Both the position numbers and the translations under genes were made by a program. From Mobula hypostoma (Eukaryota): a DNA stretch of 64,000 nt. The notes under the pieces are model-generated. The model worked only from the letters and a program-made list of their open reading frames with translations. It was not told where the DNA came from and did no database searches. Below are positions 25,060 to 38,126 of the stretch, one piece after another; position 1 is the first letter of the stretch, and each line of letters begins with the position of its first letter. The DNA lies in NCBI RefSeq assembly GCF_963921235.1, contig NC_086108.1, positions 9,362,001 through 9,426,000 of the forward strand. The letters are read 5' to 3'.

Positions 25060-25610
25060 GGGCTTGAATTCCTAGAGTTTAGAAGAATGAGGTGGGATCT
25101 CATTCAAACCTACTGAATGTTGAAAAGCCTAGGCAGAGTGGATATATAGAGGGTTCAAAGATTACTGTCAAGAGTATACATGTACAATACATCTCTGCTA
25201 TTTGAAGATGTTTCCTACAGTGATGGAGTCTAGGACCAGAGGACACAGCTTCAGAATAGAGGAGAGGAGAAACTTCTTTAGCCAGAGAGTGGTGAATCTG
25301 TGGAATTTATTGCCACGGGCAGCTGTAGAGGACAAGTCATTGAGTATATTTAAAGCAGAGGTTGATAGATTCATTCAAAAGTACAGCACAGAAACAGGCC
25401 CTTCGGCCATCCAGCCATCCAGTTCGTGCCAAACCATTTAAACTGCCTGCTTGCATTTACCCAAACTATACCCAAGGTTCTTGGTTAGTCAGGGCATTAA
25501 AATTTACAGGGAGGAAGCAAGGGAATGGAGTTGAAAGGGATAATAAATCAGCCATGATGGCTTGATGGGCCAAACAACCTAATTTTACTCCCATGTCTTA
25601 TGGTCTAATT
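25060..25610 (+). mobile_element. Old CR1 3' fragment
   Basis: RRMRWDLIQTY and ESRTRGHSFRI...NFFSQRVVNLWN. Confidence 0.75.
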
Positions 25611-26095
25611 ATACCGAAGGTCAGTCAGCTCTTGGAAACAGGTTAGCAGTCCTGTGTGGACTCAGATTACTAGTCCTCAGCTAAAAAACAAAATGGATGC
25701 ATTTTCTATGTTTAAAAGCATCTTTAATTATAATTTCCAAAATGGTTCTTTTTGTCACAGTAGCACTGTCTGTGTAAACAACTTATCCCTCAATCTCCTG
25801 TGAAATTATCCCTTCTCACCTCAACTGGTATTAGACATTTCAAACCCTAGAGTCTCAACTTCATCTATGCCTCTCATAAGATTATAAAGTATCTTTAAAA
25901 TAATCTGATTTAAACAAGTAACTTGAAGGATGGTGTGTGTGTGGGACTGTCGGGATAGACCCTGTACTTTTCCAATTCCCACACATGAAAGTAGCTGTAG
26001 TGGTGTTGATAATTAGTGGTAATGTTGTTATCTGAAAAGCATAGACGGATTCTTTCACCTGTTTTTCCCACCCTCTGTCATTCTTTGGTTCACAG

Positions 26096-26262
26096 AACGT
26101 GAGTGTTTCCTCCCAGAGCACTGCGAACCGGGAAAATCTTAAGAAGAAGGTGATCCGAACCAAGTCCAGCTCCTCACCCTCCATTCACTGTCAGACAGGA
26201 GTCCTGCACAGGAGTGAAAACAATCTCAATATGTGCTATTACCCGTGTAAAGAATGCACCAA
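26096..26262 (+). CDS. ZNF541: ZNF541-like coding exon, NVSVSSQ...KSSSSPS...YYPCKECT-K (first half of C2H2 finger)
   Basis: Polypyrimidine tract and cacag acceptor, gtaggt donor; 167 nt, phase 0 to 2. Ends in CxxC. Confidence 0.85.
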
Positions 26263-27859
26263 GTAGGTTGAAGTGTGAGTGATGGATGGACAGTGCATGG
26301 CTTTAATCCATACAACAGATCTAATTTTATGACTAATTGTCGGATAAATAATTTCATTACAAACAAGCTTTCATGATCTCAGGAACGCCCTAAAATATTT
26401 TACAGTCATTGAAGTGATTCTGAAATGTGCTCACTATTAGAACAGCCAGTTTGTGTACAGCAACATTTCGCGTATATCCTTCTCTTCAGACGAGAACAGC
26501 ACAACTGACCTGGGTTCCATTCCCACTGCTGTCTGTAAGGAATTTGTACATTCTCTCTGTGAGTTTCCTCCAGGTGCTCTGGTTTCCACCCACATTCCGA
26601 TGACGTACAGGTCAGTAGGTTAATTGGTCATATGGGTGTAATTGGGCCTCTTAGAAAGATTCAAAGTATGTATGCAGTACACAACCCTGAGATTCATCTT
26701 CCCCACAGACAGCCATGAAACAAAACCATGGAACCCATTCAAAGAAAAACATCAAACCAACCCTCCACCGCGCAAAACAAAAACAAATATTGCCCAATAC
26801 TCAGACTCTGGCACCATCCTCCAACAGCATCGTGAGAGAGGGAGAGAGAGACCATTCAAATGCAGGGAGCTTCCTCTCTGAGCAGCAAGTGAGAGGCTGG
26901 TAGACGGTGCTGAACACCCGCTCGCATTCCACTCTCACCTCAGTGATTTCAGTCTTCCTCGATGCTTTGATTGGCTGCAAATGGAGTCAGTCACGAGCTC
27001 ACGCCCCGCCTCCAGGCTTCTTGGCCTCGAAGGCCACACAGTCCGCTCGAAACCTCACTGATGACCATTCAATCAAACACACAGCCAAAATGTCAATCTC
27101 AGGCTCCAATAGTAACGGAAACACATTTGAAAGAAAAAGAAGTGACAAAAGTAGTTTCATGGACCATTTGAAATACATCGCCCTTGGCCACATTATTCAC
27201 TGGCACCATCTTCATGCTGTAGTTAAATAAAATAACCCCCTCAGTTTGGGCCCCACTTCAACATATGGGCAACATTCTGTTTAATCTGTGCTCCAAAATG
27301 CTAGTATATGTTCACCCACTTCTCCACTTTTGTTCCCATCTGTTGCCACCTCTCACATCGCCCGCTTGCTGGAAGCTGCGAGTAAACATAGACCGGGAGG
27401 GAAATAACAGGTGTCCCATTGAGCACACCCCAGAGAACCTGCAAGAAACCTGGGCTCAGTTATTTGAACTTCCCAAGTTGGCTATAGGAACATGTCATCA
27501 ACCTCTTAGAGACTTGTGCAATTTCCTCTCCTCCCACCAGTACATTTTCTGGGAAATACTGAAGGCATTAACCTAACCCAGGAACCGAATGATCAGACTG
27601 GGCTCGGCCCAAAACATTGACTGTTTATTCCCCTCCATAGATGCTACCTGACCTGCTGAGTTTCTCCAGCACTTTGTGTCTGTGTGTGTTGCAAAGAATA
27701 AATTTGGTTCCGTATCCCTGAACTTGGCCCTTCTGCAGCAAATTGGTGAGGCCTTAGAGGTTTCAGGTTGGGGAACTGTGGTCCACTGTTCTCACTTCTA
27801 TTGCAAAGGTTGAGGAGAGATGAGTGGGACATCACATTACAGTTGTACATAAGCCTAGA

Positions 27860-28370
27860 TGAGGCAACTCTCAGACCGGAAGAGCAACACTTCATATTTC
27901 TGTCTGGGTAGCCTCCAACCTGATGGCATGAACATTGATTTCTCCAATTTCTGCTAATTTATCCCCTCTCTCCTGACCCCATTTGCTCTTTTTCCATTCC
28001 TCATTCTGGCTCTCCTCGCATGTCTTCTCTTCTCACCTCCCATCATCTCCTTCTGATTCCCTCTTCCTTCCCTTTCTCCCATGGTCCACTCTCATTTCCC
28101 ATCAGATTCTTTCTTCTTCAGCCCTTTACTGTCCAGCTTCTCACTTCCATCCACCCACCTTCCCCCTCACCTGGCTTTACCGATCACCTGCCAGTTTGTA
28201 CTCCTTTCCCTCCCCCTCACCTTTTTTATTCTGATGTCTTCTCCCTTTCCTTTCCAGTCCAGTCCTGACAAAAGGTCTCCGCTCAAAACAACAGGGGAGG
28301 GGGGAGCTTGCTGAGTTCCTTAAGCATTTTGCGTTGTTCTGGATTTCCAGCATCTGAAAGAATCTCTTAT
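27860..28370 (+). mobile_element. Penelope-like element 3' remnant
   Basis: LGSLQPDGMNIDFSNF-like terminus and a degenerate CAGTCCTGACAAAAGGTCTC motif. Confidence 0.7.
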
Positions 28371-29976
28371 GGTCCAAAGATGTTGTCTAGATTGGAGGTC
28401 TTAGTTATCAGGAGGGACAGGATACACTGTGTCTGCTTTCTCTGGAGTGAAGGAGGCTGAGAGGTGAAAATTATAAAACTATGAAAGGGTCAATGGTGTC
28501 TCTTCCCCAGGGTAGGGGAATCTAACATTAGTCCATGAGACCATAAGATATAGGAGCAGAATTCGGCTGTCTGACCCATCGAGTCTGCTCCATCATTTCA
28601 CCACAGCTGATCCAGTTTCCCTCTCAGCCCTAATCTCCCGCCTCTCCCCATATCCCTCAATACACTGACCAATCAAGAATCTTATCAAACTCTGCCTTAA
28701 ATATACATAAAGACGGCTACCACAGCTGCCTGTGGCAAAGAATTCCACAAATTCACCACTCTCTGGCTAAATTCTTCCTCATCTCCATTCTAAATGGACA
28801 CCCTCTATTCTGAGTGTTGTCATTATCATTTGGCATTTAGAAAGTTTGGACTAGCACTGTGTAATCAGTCTTCACACAAGCTTCATTGCAGTCTGTACTC
28901 CAGTGGGAATGCAGGTGAAAAACTCAGCCCCCTCTATACCCGTCCCCAACTACACAACCCCATGTAAAAGCACTGTGGCTGTCACACAGAATTTCTAAGC
29001 CCATATCTCCTTCCTGACGTGAATTCAGTACAACAATCAACAGTTGTTTCCTGACCTGAAAACTGGCTAATTAGGACTTTATTACAAGAGTGAAATGCTT
29101 TCCTCCACTGTCTGGTCCTTTACAATCTTCCTTTGGACGCAGATTGCACTAACAAAAGATCAAAAACACAGGTTGCCCCTGGAGAATGTTTCGGTGAGCG
29201 ACCTTGAACCAGTACCATTCTGCTGAAGATGTTGCCAAAGCTAGTGTAGTGAGGTCCAGGATTTCCAGTGAAGGACAATCAATGTATATTCATGTCAAGG
29301 AGGGATGTGGTCATGGGAATGGGAGGGGTGAGTGTTCAGCATTGTCCACCAGCTTCTTGCTTGCTGCTGCCGGAGAAGGTGTCTGCATGAGGTGGTTTTT
29401 TGCTTGATCATCCCAAGGGAAGTTCCCTGCTTTTGAGTTGTGTTTATAACTCGGCAGATGATGCCGGAACAAGGTTTAGTCCATGTGGATTGTAGTTTTG
29501 GACTATAATTCAGGTTTATGATGTGTTCTAGTTCTGTCACCTTTTTTGTCCCTACCCTTGGATGATTTTTGAACCAGGTGGCCCGTAGATAATGAACAGT
29601 GAGCTGAACTGTACTGAAATATGCCTTTTGATCTTGTGTTTTTATATTCTGTGTTTTTGATCTTTTGTTTTTTGCCGTCTGTGCAATTTTTTTTGCATAT
29701 GGTGGAGAGGGTGGGTTTGATGTTTGATGTTTTTCTTTGAACAGGTTGGTTCCATGGTTCCTCTTTGTTTCGTGACTGTGGGGAAGATGAATCGCAGGGT
29801 TGTATACTGCATACATACTTGTACCTTGTAAATGTACCTTGAATCTTGAAACCTGTTGTTTGATTGTGGGATGTAGGTAACACTGGCAAAAGTTCTAAGA
29901 TTCATTTATTATCAAAGCATGTATCCAAATACAACTTGAAATTTGTCTTCTCCAGATAGCCATGAAAATAATATGT

Positions 29977-30227
29977 TGTAGTCGCGTGCAAACACGCTAC
30001 TAGAGAAACACACAGAGGCAGAGAGAGCTGAACTCAGAATGCCTTTACTGATTCAAAATCATGCGTTTAAATCTCCCCTCCCATGGGCCCCTACGACCCG
30101 CGGGGCAGACGTGACATCAGACTGTCCCCGGAAGGTCCGCCCCGAGCGGGTAGTTCCAAACGCGCTACCGCGTGTCTGCCCGCAGCTCCCGATGGCGATT
30201 CGAGTCCCGCGTGTGCGGGCCGCCACA
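29977..30227 (-). repeat. 3' LTR (251 bp)
   Basis: Direct repeat of 33960-34211, adjacent to the polypurine tract. Confidence 0.95.
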
Positions 30228-30499
30228 CTACCCCCCTCCCCCCCCAGAAATGTCCATCGGGGGAGAGGAGCCCCCAGTCTGTGTGGCTTGCCTGGGTGGC
30301 CGGCGCGGTGCGGGTACCCTCACTGGTTGCCCAATGTCCAAGTGTGCTGGTTTGAGGCAGTCCACTGTAAAAGTCTCTTCCCAGCCCCCACCTCCACGGT
30401 ACACGTTCCGTTGTGCCGGATCACCTTGAAGGGTCCCTCGTACGGCCACTGTAGAGGTGACCTGTGCATGCCGTTGTGAATAAAAACATACTCACAGTC

Positions 30500-33229
30500 T
30501 CAGAGGTCTTTAGGAGTGAAGGATAGTGTGGGACCATGCCTGGAGGTCGGGACCAGTGCCAGGGTCCCGACCTTGTCCCACAGCCTCGTTAGCATCGCTG
30601 CTGGAGTTTCTTCTGAACCTTGGGCCTCTGGTACGAACTCGCCCGGGGGGGGGGGGGGCGCCGTAGACCAATTCCGCCGAGTGTTCAGGTCTTCCTCGGG
30701 GGCTGTGCAGATGCCCAGTAGGACCCAGGGAAGCTCATCTGTCCAGTTGGGGCCCCTGAGGTGTGCCATCAGGGCGGACTTGAGATGCCGGTGGAATCGC
30801 TCTACCAACCCGTTGGACTGGGGATGGTACGCTGTGGTGTGATGCAGCTGGATGCCCAGGAGCTGCGCCAGTGCTGTCCACAAACCAGACGTGAACTGCG
30901 CCCCTCGGTCGGAGGTGATGTCCGTTGGGAGGCCGAACCTGGCGATCCAGTTTGCAATGAGCGTCCTGGCGCAGGACTCAGTGGACGTGTCTGCGAGCGG
31001 TATGGCTTCCGGCCATCTGGTGAACCTGTCTACCATGGTAAAGATATACCTGGCGCCCCAGGGGACTGGCAGGGGGCCGACGATGTCCACGTGGATGTGT
31101 TGGAACCTCCTGTGCATCGGCTGGAACTGCTGGGGGGGAGCCTTCACGTGCTGCTGGACATTGGCGGACTGGCAGTATACGCAGGTCCTGGCGCAGTGTC
31201 CGACCTGTTTGCACAAACCGTGCCAGACGAATCTGTCCGCTATCAGCTTGATGGACGCCCGGATGGACGGGTGGGCCAGGTCCTGCAGCGTGTCGAACAC
31301 CCGGCGCCTCCATGCTGCTGGTACCACGGGTCGGGGTTTGCTGGTAGACACGTCGCACAGGAGTTGATCCGCCGCCAGGCCGATGGAGACGTCCTCCAGC
31401 TGGAGCCCCGAAACGGCGGTGCGGTAAGCCGGGATCTCGGTGTCCGACTGTTGTGCTTCTGCCAGTGCTACATAGTCTATTCCTGAGGACGATATGCCTA
31501 CTGAGTGGAGTCAGGGACGAGACTGTGTGTCGGTGACGACGTTGTTCTTCCCTGCGATGTGGCGGACGTCCGTGGTGAGTTCTGAAATAAAGGACAGCTG
31601 CCTCTGCTGCCGAGCCGACCATGGGTCCGATACCTTGGCCAGTGCGAAGGTGAGGGGCTTGTGGTCCGTATACACAGTGAACTCCCTTCCCTCGAGGAAG
31701 TACCGCAAACGCCGGACAGCCAGGTAGAGCGCTAGCAACTCTCTGTCGAAAGTGCTGTACTTCACCTCTGGTGGCCGTAGGTGCCGACTGTAGAAAGTGA
31801 GTAGTCGCCACTGGTCCTTGACAAGCTGCTCCAGGACTCTGCCCACTGCCGTGTCAGAAGCATCGACTGTGAGTGCCATGGGTACATCGACTCTCGGGTG
31901 CACTAGGAGGGCTGCCCTTGCCAGCACCTCCTTGGCCTGCTCGAACGCCTCCGTGGACTCCTCCCGTGCCACTTCCTTGGCCTTGCCGGCCATCAGGCTG
32001 AACAAGGGTCTCATGATGCGTGCCGCTGCCGGCACGAACCGATGATAAAAGTTGACCATCCCTGTGAACTCCTGCAGGCCCTTGACCGTGCTGGGCTTGG
32101 GGAACTGGCGGATGGCCTGGACCTTGTCCAGTAGGGGCACTTCACAATGTCGGTTGACTCTGTGGCCCACAAGACGATCTCTGTCAGCCCAAACTGGCAC
32201 TTCACTGAATTGATTGCCAGTCCATAGTTGCTCAGGCGTTGGCAGAGCTGGCGCAAATGTGCCACGTGCTCTTGGTGCGAACTGCTGGCCACCAGGATAT
32301 CGTCCAAGTAAGTGAAAACGAAATCCAGGCTGCGTCCCACCGAGTCCATGAGCCTTTGGAAAGTTTGGGCTGCATTCTGGAGACCGAAAGGCATCCTCAG
32401 GAATTCGAACAAGCCGAACGGGGTGATGAGGGGTCTTGGGCACGTCGCCGGGGTGCACTGGGATCTGATGGTATCCCCTGACCAGGTCGATCTTCGAGAA
32501 GGTGGTCGCTCCGTGCAGGTTCGCCGTGGAGTCCTGGATATGGGGTACCGGGTATCTGTCGGCGGTTGTGGCGTCGTTGAGCCTTCTGTAGTCTCAGCAG
32601 GGCCACGGGCAGTCTGAGCGGCGTACGATTCCCATCTCTTCCATCTTACGGAACTCCTCCTTGGCAAGGTGGAGCTTGTCGGGTGGGAGCCTGCGAGCTC
32701 GACGTGCAGCGGTGGCCCTTGCGTGGGGATGTGGTGCTGCACGCCGTGCTTGGAGTCGGCCGTGAAGAACTGTGGGGTGACTATGGAGGGGAATTCCGCC
32801 AACACCCTGGCGAATTCGTTACCCGAGAGGATCACGGAATCCAGGTGGAGGGCCAGTAGCTTGGCTTCTCGGAGCTGGAAAGTCTGGAACGTCTTGGCGT
32901 GGACCAAACGCTGGCCTTTTAGGTCGACCAGGAGGCAGCTGGCTCGTAGGAAATCTGCCCCTAGTAGTGGCTGTGACATCGCTGCCAACGTTAAAGTCCA
33001 AGTGAAATGGCTGGACCCGAAATGCAGTGAGATAGTTCACGGGCCGTACGTCTGAATACTGGTGCCATTTGTACCGGTGAGTTCGGGGCCTGGGACCGCG
33101 TTATGAGTGTCCATGTTTAAGGTGGGGGAGTACGCTGAGTTCGGCCCTGGTGTCTACCAGGAAGCGCCGCCCAGAGTGTTGGTCCCAGAAGTACAGGAGG
33201 CTGTCTTGGTAGCCAGCCATCGTAGCCAT
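30500..33229 (-). pseudogene. Gypsy pol, frameshifted (protease, RT, RNase H, integrase)
   Basis: FLVDT(R)A, MPFGLQNAAQTFQR, YLDD, TVDASD, DRELLA, YTDHKPL, HPSIRAS/CVYC, HVDIVGPLP, SDRGAQF and NGLVERFHR, spread over several frames. Confidence 0.92.
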
Positions 33230-33904
33230 TAACGACGGCTGGCCCTAGCATTTCCCGGAAAAGCACATGGTGGACGGCAGCAGCACGTGCCTGAGCCCCA
33301 TCTTTGGTGACAGAAACACCATTGTTCTGAACTTACATCTTTTTCCCCCGTGGGTCTTGACGGCTTCGGTTGCGGGGCCTGGGCTTTGGGGTGCGCGATC
33401 ATGGCTAGGCCAATGGAGGCTGCTCCACGTTGCTTGCTCTGCCAAAGGACGTCTGCTTTAGCCGCGACCCTGCCTGGGTCGCTGAAATCCTCAATTGCGA
33501 GGAGGAGGCGAATGTCCTCTGGCATTTGCTCGAGGAACAACTGTTCAAATAAAAGGCACGGCTTATGGCCGTCCATGAGCGCCAGCATATCATTCATGAG
33601 CTCGGATAGCGTGTGGTTGCCCGTGTGTAGGAGCCGCGCGGCGGTAGAGTCTGAAGGTACGGATCAGGAGCGCCTTAAGCTTAGTGTAGCTGTCCTCCGT
33701 TGGTGGCTGGTGTAGGAAGTCGATGATCCGGCCTGCCGTCTCCTGGTCGAGTGTGCTGACCACGTAGTAGTACCGCGTGGCGTCGGCTGTAACGTCTCCG
33801 ATATTGAACTGGGCCTCAGCCTGCTTGAACCAAACGTGGGGCTGAGTGGCCCAGAAAGTCGGGAGCTTCAGAGAGACCGCACTGTGCGAGTTGCTCGAAC
33901 TCAT
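33229..33904 (-). pseudogene. Gypsy gag, frameshifted, with a CHCC knuckle
   Basis: AVSLKLPTFWATQPHVWFKQAEAQF...; LFLEQMPEDIRLLL; CFCHQRWGSGTCCCRPPC. Confidence 0.9.
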
Positions 33905-33943
33905 GGCTGGTCACTGAGTCGCCGGCTCCAGATGCTGTCTGGA

Positions 33944-33958
33944 ACGTCGGGGTCACCA
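33944..33958 (-). other. Primer-binding site, tRNA-Trp type
   Basis: TGGTGACCCCGACGT, 1 nt after the 5' LTR. Matches the first 15 nt of the tRNA-Trp PBS of avian leukosis viruses (recalled). Confidence 0.85.
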
Positions 33959-33959
33959 A

Positions 33960-34211
33960 TGTAGTCGCACACAAACGCGCTACTAAAGAAACACACGGAG
34001 ACAGAGAGGACTGAACTCAGAATGCCTTTACTGATTCAAAATCGCACGCTTAAATCTCCCCTCCCATGGGCCCCTACGACCCGCGGGGCAGACGTGACAT
34101 CAGACTGTCCCCGGAAGATCTGCCCCGAGTGGGTAGTTTCCAAATGCACTACCGCGTGTCTGCCCGCAGCTCCCGATGGCGGTTCGAGTCTCACATATGC
34201 GGGCCGCCACA
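33960..34211 (-). repeat. 5' LTR (252 bp)
   Basis: Direct repeat of 29977-30227, followed by the PBS. Confidence 0.95.
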
Positions 34212-34524
34212 CCGTAAGTCGTTCAGAGAGAAACATCAAACCCACCACCCCCCCCATACAAAACAAACGGCAGCCTGATGATTGACCCCCTCCCCACACA
34301 AAACGGGACGGGGACATCGACCGTCAAACCTTCTTCCCCTCGCATGACAAAACAGAAAAGAAACGGCGGTTAAAGAAACACAGAATATAAAAAAGTCCAC
34401 CGTTCATAAACGTAGTAGTTCAATCCATAAACACAGAACCACAATATGACCAACATTCATCGAAAGAGAGGGACACCACACGAGGCAGACAGGCCTACCC
34501 ACTTGCCACAGCGAGCCACACAAC

Positions 34525-35010
34525 ATCCATAGAAGTGAATAAACAGTCGATGTTCTGGGCCCAGAACCTTCATCAGGACTGGAAAGGAAGGGGGAAGGTG
34601 CCAGAATAAGAAGGCGGGGCGGGGGGAGTGTGGAAGGAGGATGAGCTGGGAGGTGAAGCCTGGTGGGTGGGGGAGGGAGATGAAAATCTGGGAGGTGAGA
34701 GGTGGAAAAGGTAAAGGGCTGGAGAAGGATGAATCTGATAGGAGAGAAGAATGAAAAATTACTAGAAGCTGGAGAAATCGATATTCACGCCATCATGTTG
34801 GAGGCTACCTAGATGGAAAACCTTCAACCTGAGGGTGCCATCGTCATGACAGAAGAGGCCATGGACTGACATATTGGAATGGGAACGGGAATAGGAATTG
34901 AAATGGTTGGCCACTGGGAAATCCTGCTTTTTACACTGGAGCTTGATGAAATGGTCCCCCAATTTACATCAGGGCTCACCAATGTAGTGGAGGTCGCATT
35001 GGGAACAATG
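34525..35010 (-). mobile_element. Penelope-like element 3' remnant
   Basis: ORF 34762-34962 FPVANHFNS...LGSLQHDGVNIDFSSF and a hammerhead-like motif at 34544-34581. Confidence 0.8.
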
Positions 35011-36455
35011 TTAGAAGATTGTTGTTCATCTCATTAGTGATTTCTTGTTATTTTCATTACCAAAAACATTTTGAGACATTTTTACATGTAAATTGTTTTC
35101 AGACGAGAACCCATGCCAACATTAACAATGCACAGTACATCACTTACTAATTTTCCATCCAGTTCCAAAGTCGATTCACTCAATTTCAGGTATTTTAACA
35201 GTAGAATGAAGTATTACCAGTAATGTAGTGGTTAGCACAAAGCTTTAAAGTACCAGTGACCCAGGTTCAATTCCTGCCACTGCCTGTATGGAGTTTGGAT
35301 ATTCTCCCCACGACTGTTGGTTTCCTCTGGGTGCTCCAGTTTCTTCCCTCAGTCCAAAGACATACCAGTTGGTAGGTTAATTGGTCATTGTAAATTGTCT
35401 CATGATTAGGCTAGGGTTAAATCGGAGGTTGCTGGGTGAAGCAGTTCGAATGGCTGGAAGGGCCTGTTCCATAAAGGAAAAATACGATAGCTTTCTTTGC
35501 CATTTATTACATGACAGAAACAAACATACCTTTGTAAAATTTCTTAAAGAGTGTAAATGCTGCCCTGCTCATTACGTGGGATTTAAATTTCAAATCTGAA
35601 TCAAGGATAACACCCAGACTTGCTATTTCTGATGTTACAAGGGGAGCCAAGTCTCCAAGTTTATCTTGGCTTTGGCAAACTAAAAATATTTCAGTTTTAT
35701 CTTCATATAGTTTTAATTAAGTCCCTAATGCTAATTATACTGCTGCACATTTATATATCTGTAACATTTTGACAAACGAATGCTGAGTATTTGCACTGAC
35801 TGCTTCAGTGGTTCAAATTAATATCAGAATGTATACAATATACAACCTGAAATTCTTATTCTTCACAGACATCTACGAAACAGAAGAAACCCCAAAGAAT
35901 GACAGAAATCATCAGAATCCCAGTTCCTCCACACACAGCCAGCAGCAAAAGCATTAACTCTCCTTTTCCCCTTCCCCGTTTCAGCAAAAGCATAAACTCA
36001 CCTCATCACCCACCATACAAGTAATAGCAAAGCCCCCAGAGACAATATCTAGAGTCCTTCCACAGGCTCTCTCTCCCCCTCCCGAAGAGAGAGAGATATC
36101 GCTCCTGCCACAGAGAGAGGGGAGACCAGCAGCTGGCTGTTTCAGTGTTACAGTCTGCAGAATCACTTATTTCAACAGCAGCATACACTGCTGTCTCAAT
36201 GTTTCATTTTCACACCATGCTTCAGTCAGTGACACTGCTGAGGAATTGGGTCGTCCACAGGACTGCACCCCAAAGGCACACATCTTCCTGGCAGCTGCTG
36301 GAGATACTGAAAACGCTGAGCTGGGCTGCTCAGCGAGAACCTACCGCCAAAGAGAACTGCAGTGCAGTTATGGGTCATGAACTCTGACAGGTCCTCAGCC
36401 ACCTTGAAAAGGAAAGAAAGAACATTAAAAGAAAAGAGGTTAAACTGTATCACAG

Positions 36456-38126
36456 ATAGAAAATAGGTGCAGGAGTAGGCCATTTAGCCCTTCGAGCCTG
36501 CACCGTCATTTATTATGATCATGGCTGATCATCCAACTCAGAACCCTGCACCAGCCTTCCCTCCATACCCCCTGATCCCCATAGCCACAAGGGCCATATC
36601 TAACTCCCTCTTAAATATAGCCAATGAACTGGCCTCAACTGTTTCCTGTGGCAGAGAATTCCACAGATTCACCACTCTCTGTGTGAAGAAGTTTTTCCTA
36701 ATCTCAGTCCTAAAAGGCTTCCCCTTTATCCTCAAACTGTGACACCTCGTTCTGGACTTCCCCAGCATCGGGAACAATCTTCCTGCATCTAGCCTGTCCA
36801 ATCCCTTTAGGATTTTATACGTTTCAATCAGATACCCCCTCAATCTTCTAAATTCCAACGAGTACAAGCCCAGTTCATCCAGTCTTTCTTCATATGAAAG
36901 TCCTGCCATCCCAGGAATCAATCTGGTGAACCTTTTTTGTACTCCCTCTATGGCAAGGATGTCTTTCCTCAGATTAGGGGACCAAAACTGCACACAATAC
37001 TCCAGGTGTGGTCTCACCAAGGCCTTGTACAACTGCAGTAGTACCTCCCTGCTCCTGTACTCGAATCCTCTCGCTATAAATGCCAGCATACCATTCGCCT
37101 TTTTCACCGCCTGCTGTACCTGCATGCCCACTTTCAATGACTGGTGTATAATGACACCCAGGTCTCGTTGCACCTCCCCTTTTCCTAATCAGCCACCATT
37201 CAGATAATAATCTGTTTTCCTATTTTTGCCACCAAAGTGGCTAACTTCACATTTATCCACATTAAATTGCATCTGCCATGAATTTGCCCACTCACCCAAC
37301 CTATCCGAGTCACCCTGCATCCTCTTAGCATCCTCCTCACAGCTGACACTGCCACCCAGCTTCGTGTCATCCGCAAACTTGGAGCTGCTGCATTTAGTTC
37401 CCTCATCCAAGTCATTAATATATATTGTAAACAACTGGGGTCCCAGCACTGAGCCTTGCGGTACCCCACTTGTCACCGCCTGCCATTCTGAAAAGGTCCC
37501 GTTTATTCCCACTCTTTGCTTCCTGTCTGCTAACCAATTCTTTATCCACATCAATACCTTACCCCCAATACCGTGTGCTTTAAGTTTGCACACTAATCTC
37601 CTGTGTGGGACCTTGTCAAAAGCCTTTTGAAAATCCAAATATACCACATCCACTGGTTCTCCCCTATCCACTCTACTAGTTACATCCTCAAAAAATTCTA
37701 TGAGATTCGTCAGACATGATTTTCCTTTCACAAATCCATGCTGACTTTGTCCGATGATTTCACTGCTTTCCAAATGTGCTGTTATCACATCTTTGATAAC
37801 TGACTCCAGCAGTTTCCCCACCACCGACGTTAGGCTAACCGGTCTATAATTCCCCGGTTTCTCTCTCCCTCCTTTTTTAAAAAGTGGGGTTACATTAGCC
37901 ACCCTCCAATCCTCAGGAACTAGTCCAGAATCTAACGAGTTTTGAAAAATTATCACTAATGCATGCACTATTTCTTGGGCTACTTCCTTAAGCACTCTGG
38001 GATGCAGACCACCTGGCCCTGGGGATTTATCTGCCTTTAATCCCTTCAATTTACCTAACACCACTTCCCTACTAACATGTATTTCGCTCAGTTCCTCCAT
38101 CTCACTGGACCCTCTGTCCCCTACTA
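36456..38126 (-). mobile_element. Young 5'-truncated CR1 LINE (RT region, one nonsense change)
   Basis: ORFs 37189-38100 and 36538-37173 are nearly identical to 21829-24655. Inserted into a host repeat that resumes at about 38127. Confidence 0.95.

Larger units (their letters stand above)
29977..34211 (-). mobile_element. Full-length decayed Ty3/Gypsy LTR retrotransposon, CsRn1-type
   Basis: TG...CA LTRs at 33960-34211 (5') and 29977-30227 (3'). PBS TGGTGACCCCGACGT at 33958-33944 and PPT at about 30228-30246. Domain order gag, protease, RT, RNase H, integrase. Confidence 0.95.

Noticed and set aside
24697..25116. 139-aa ORF as a stand-alone gene
   Set aside because: Only 24799-24957 is exon; the rest is intron read-through into a CR1 remnant.
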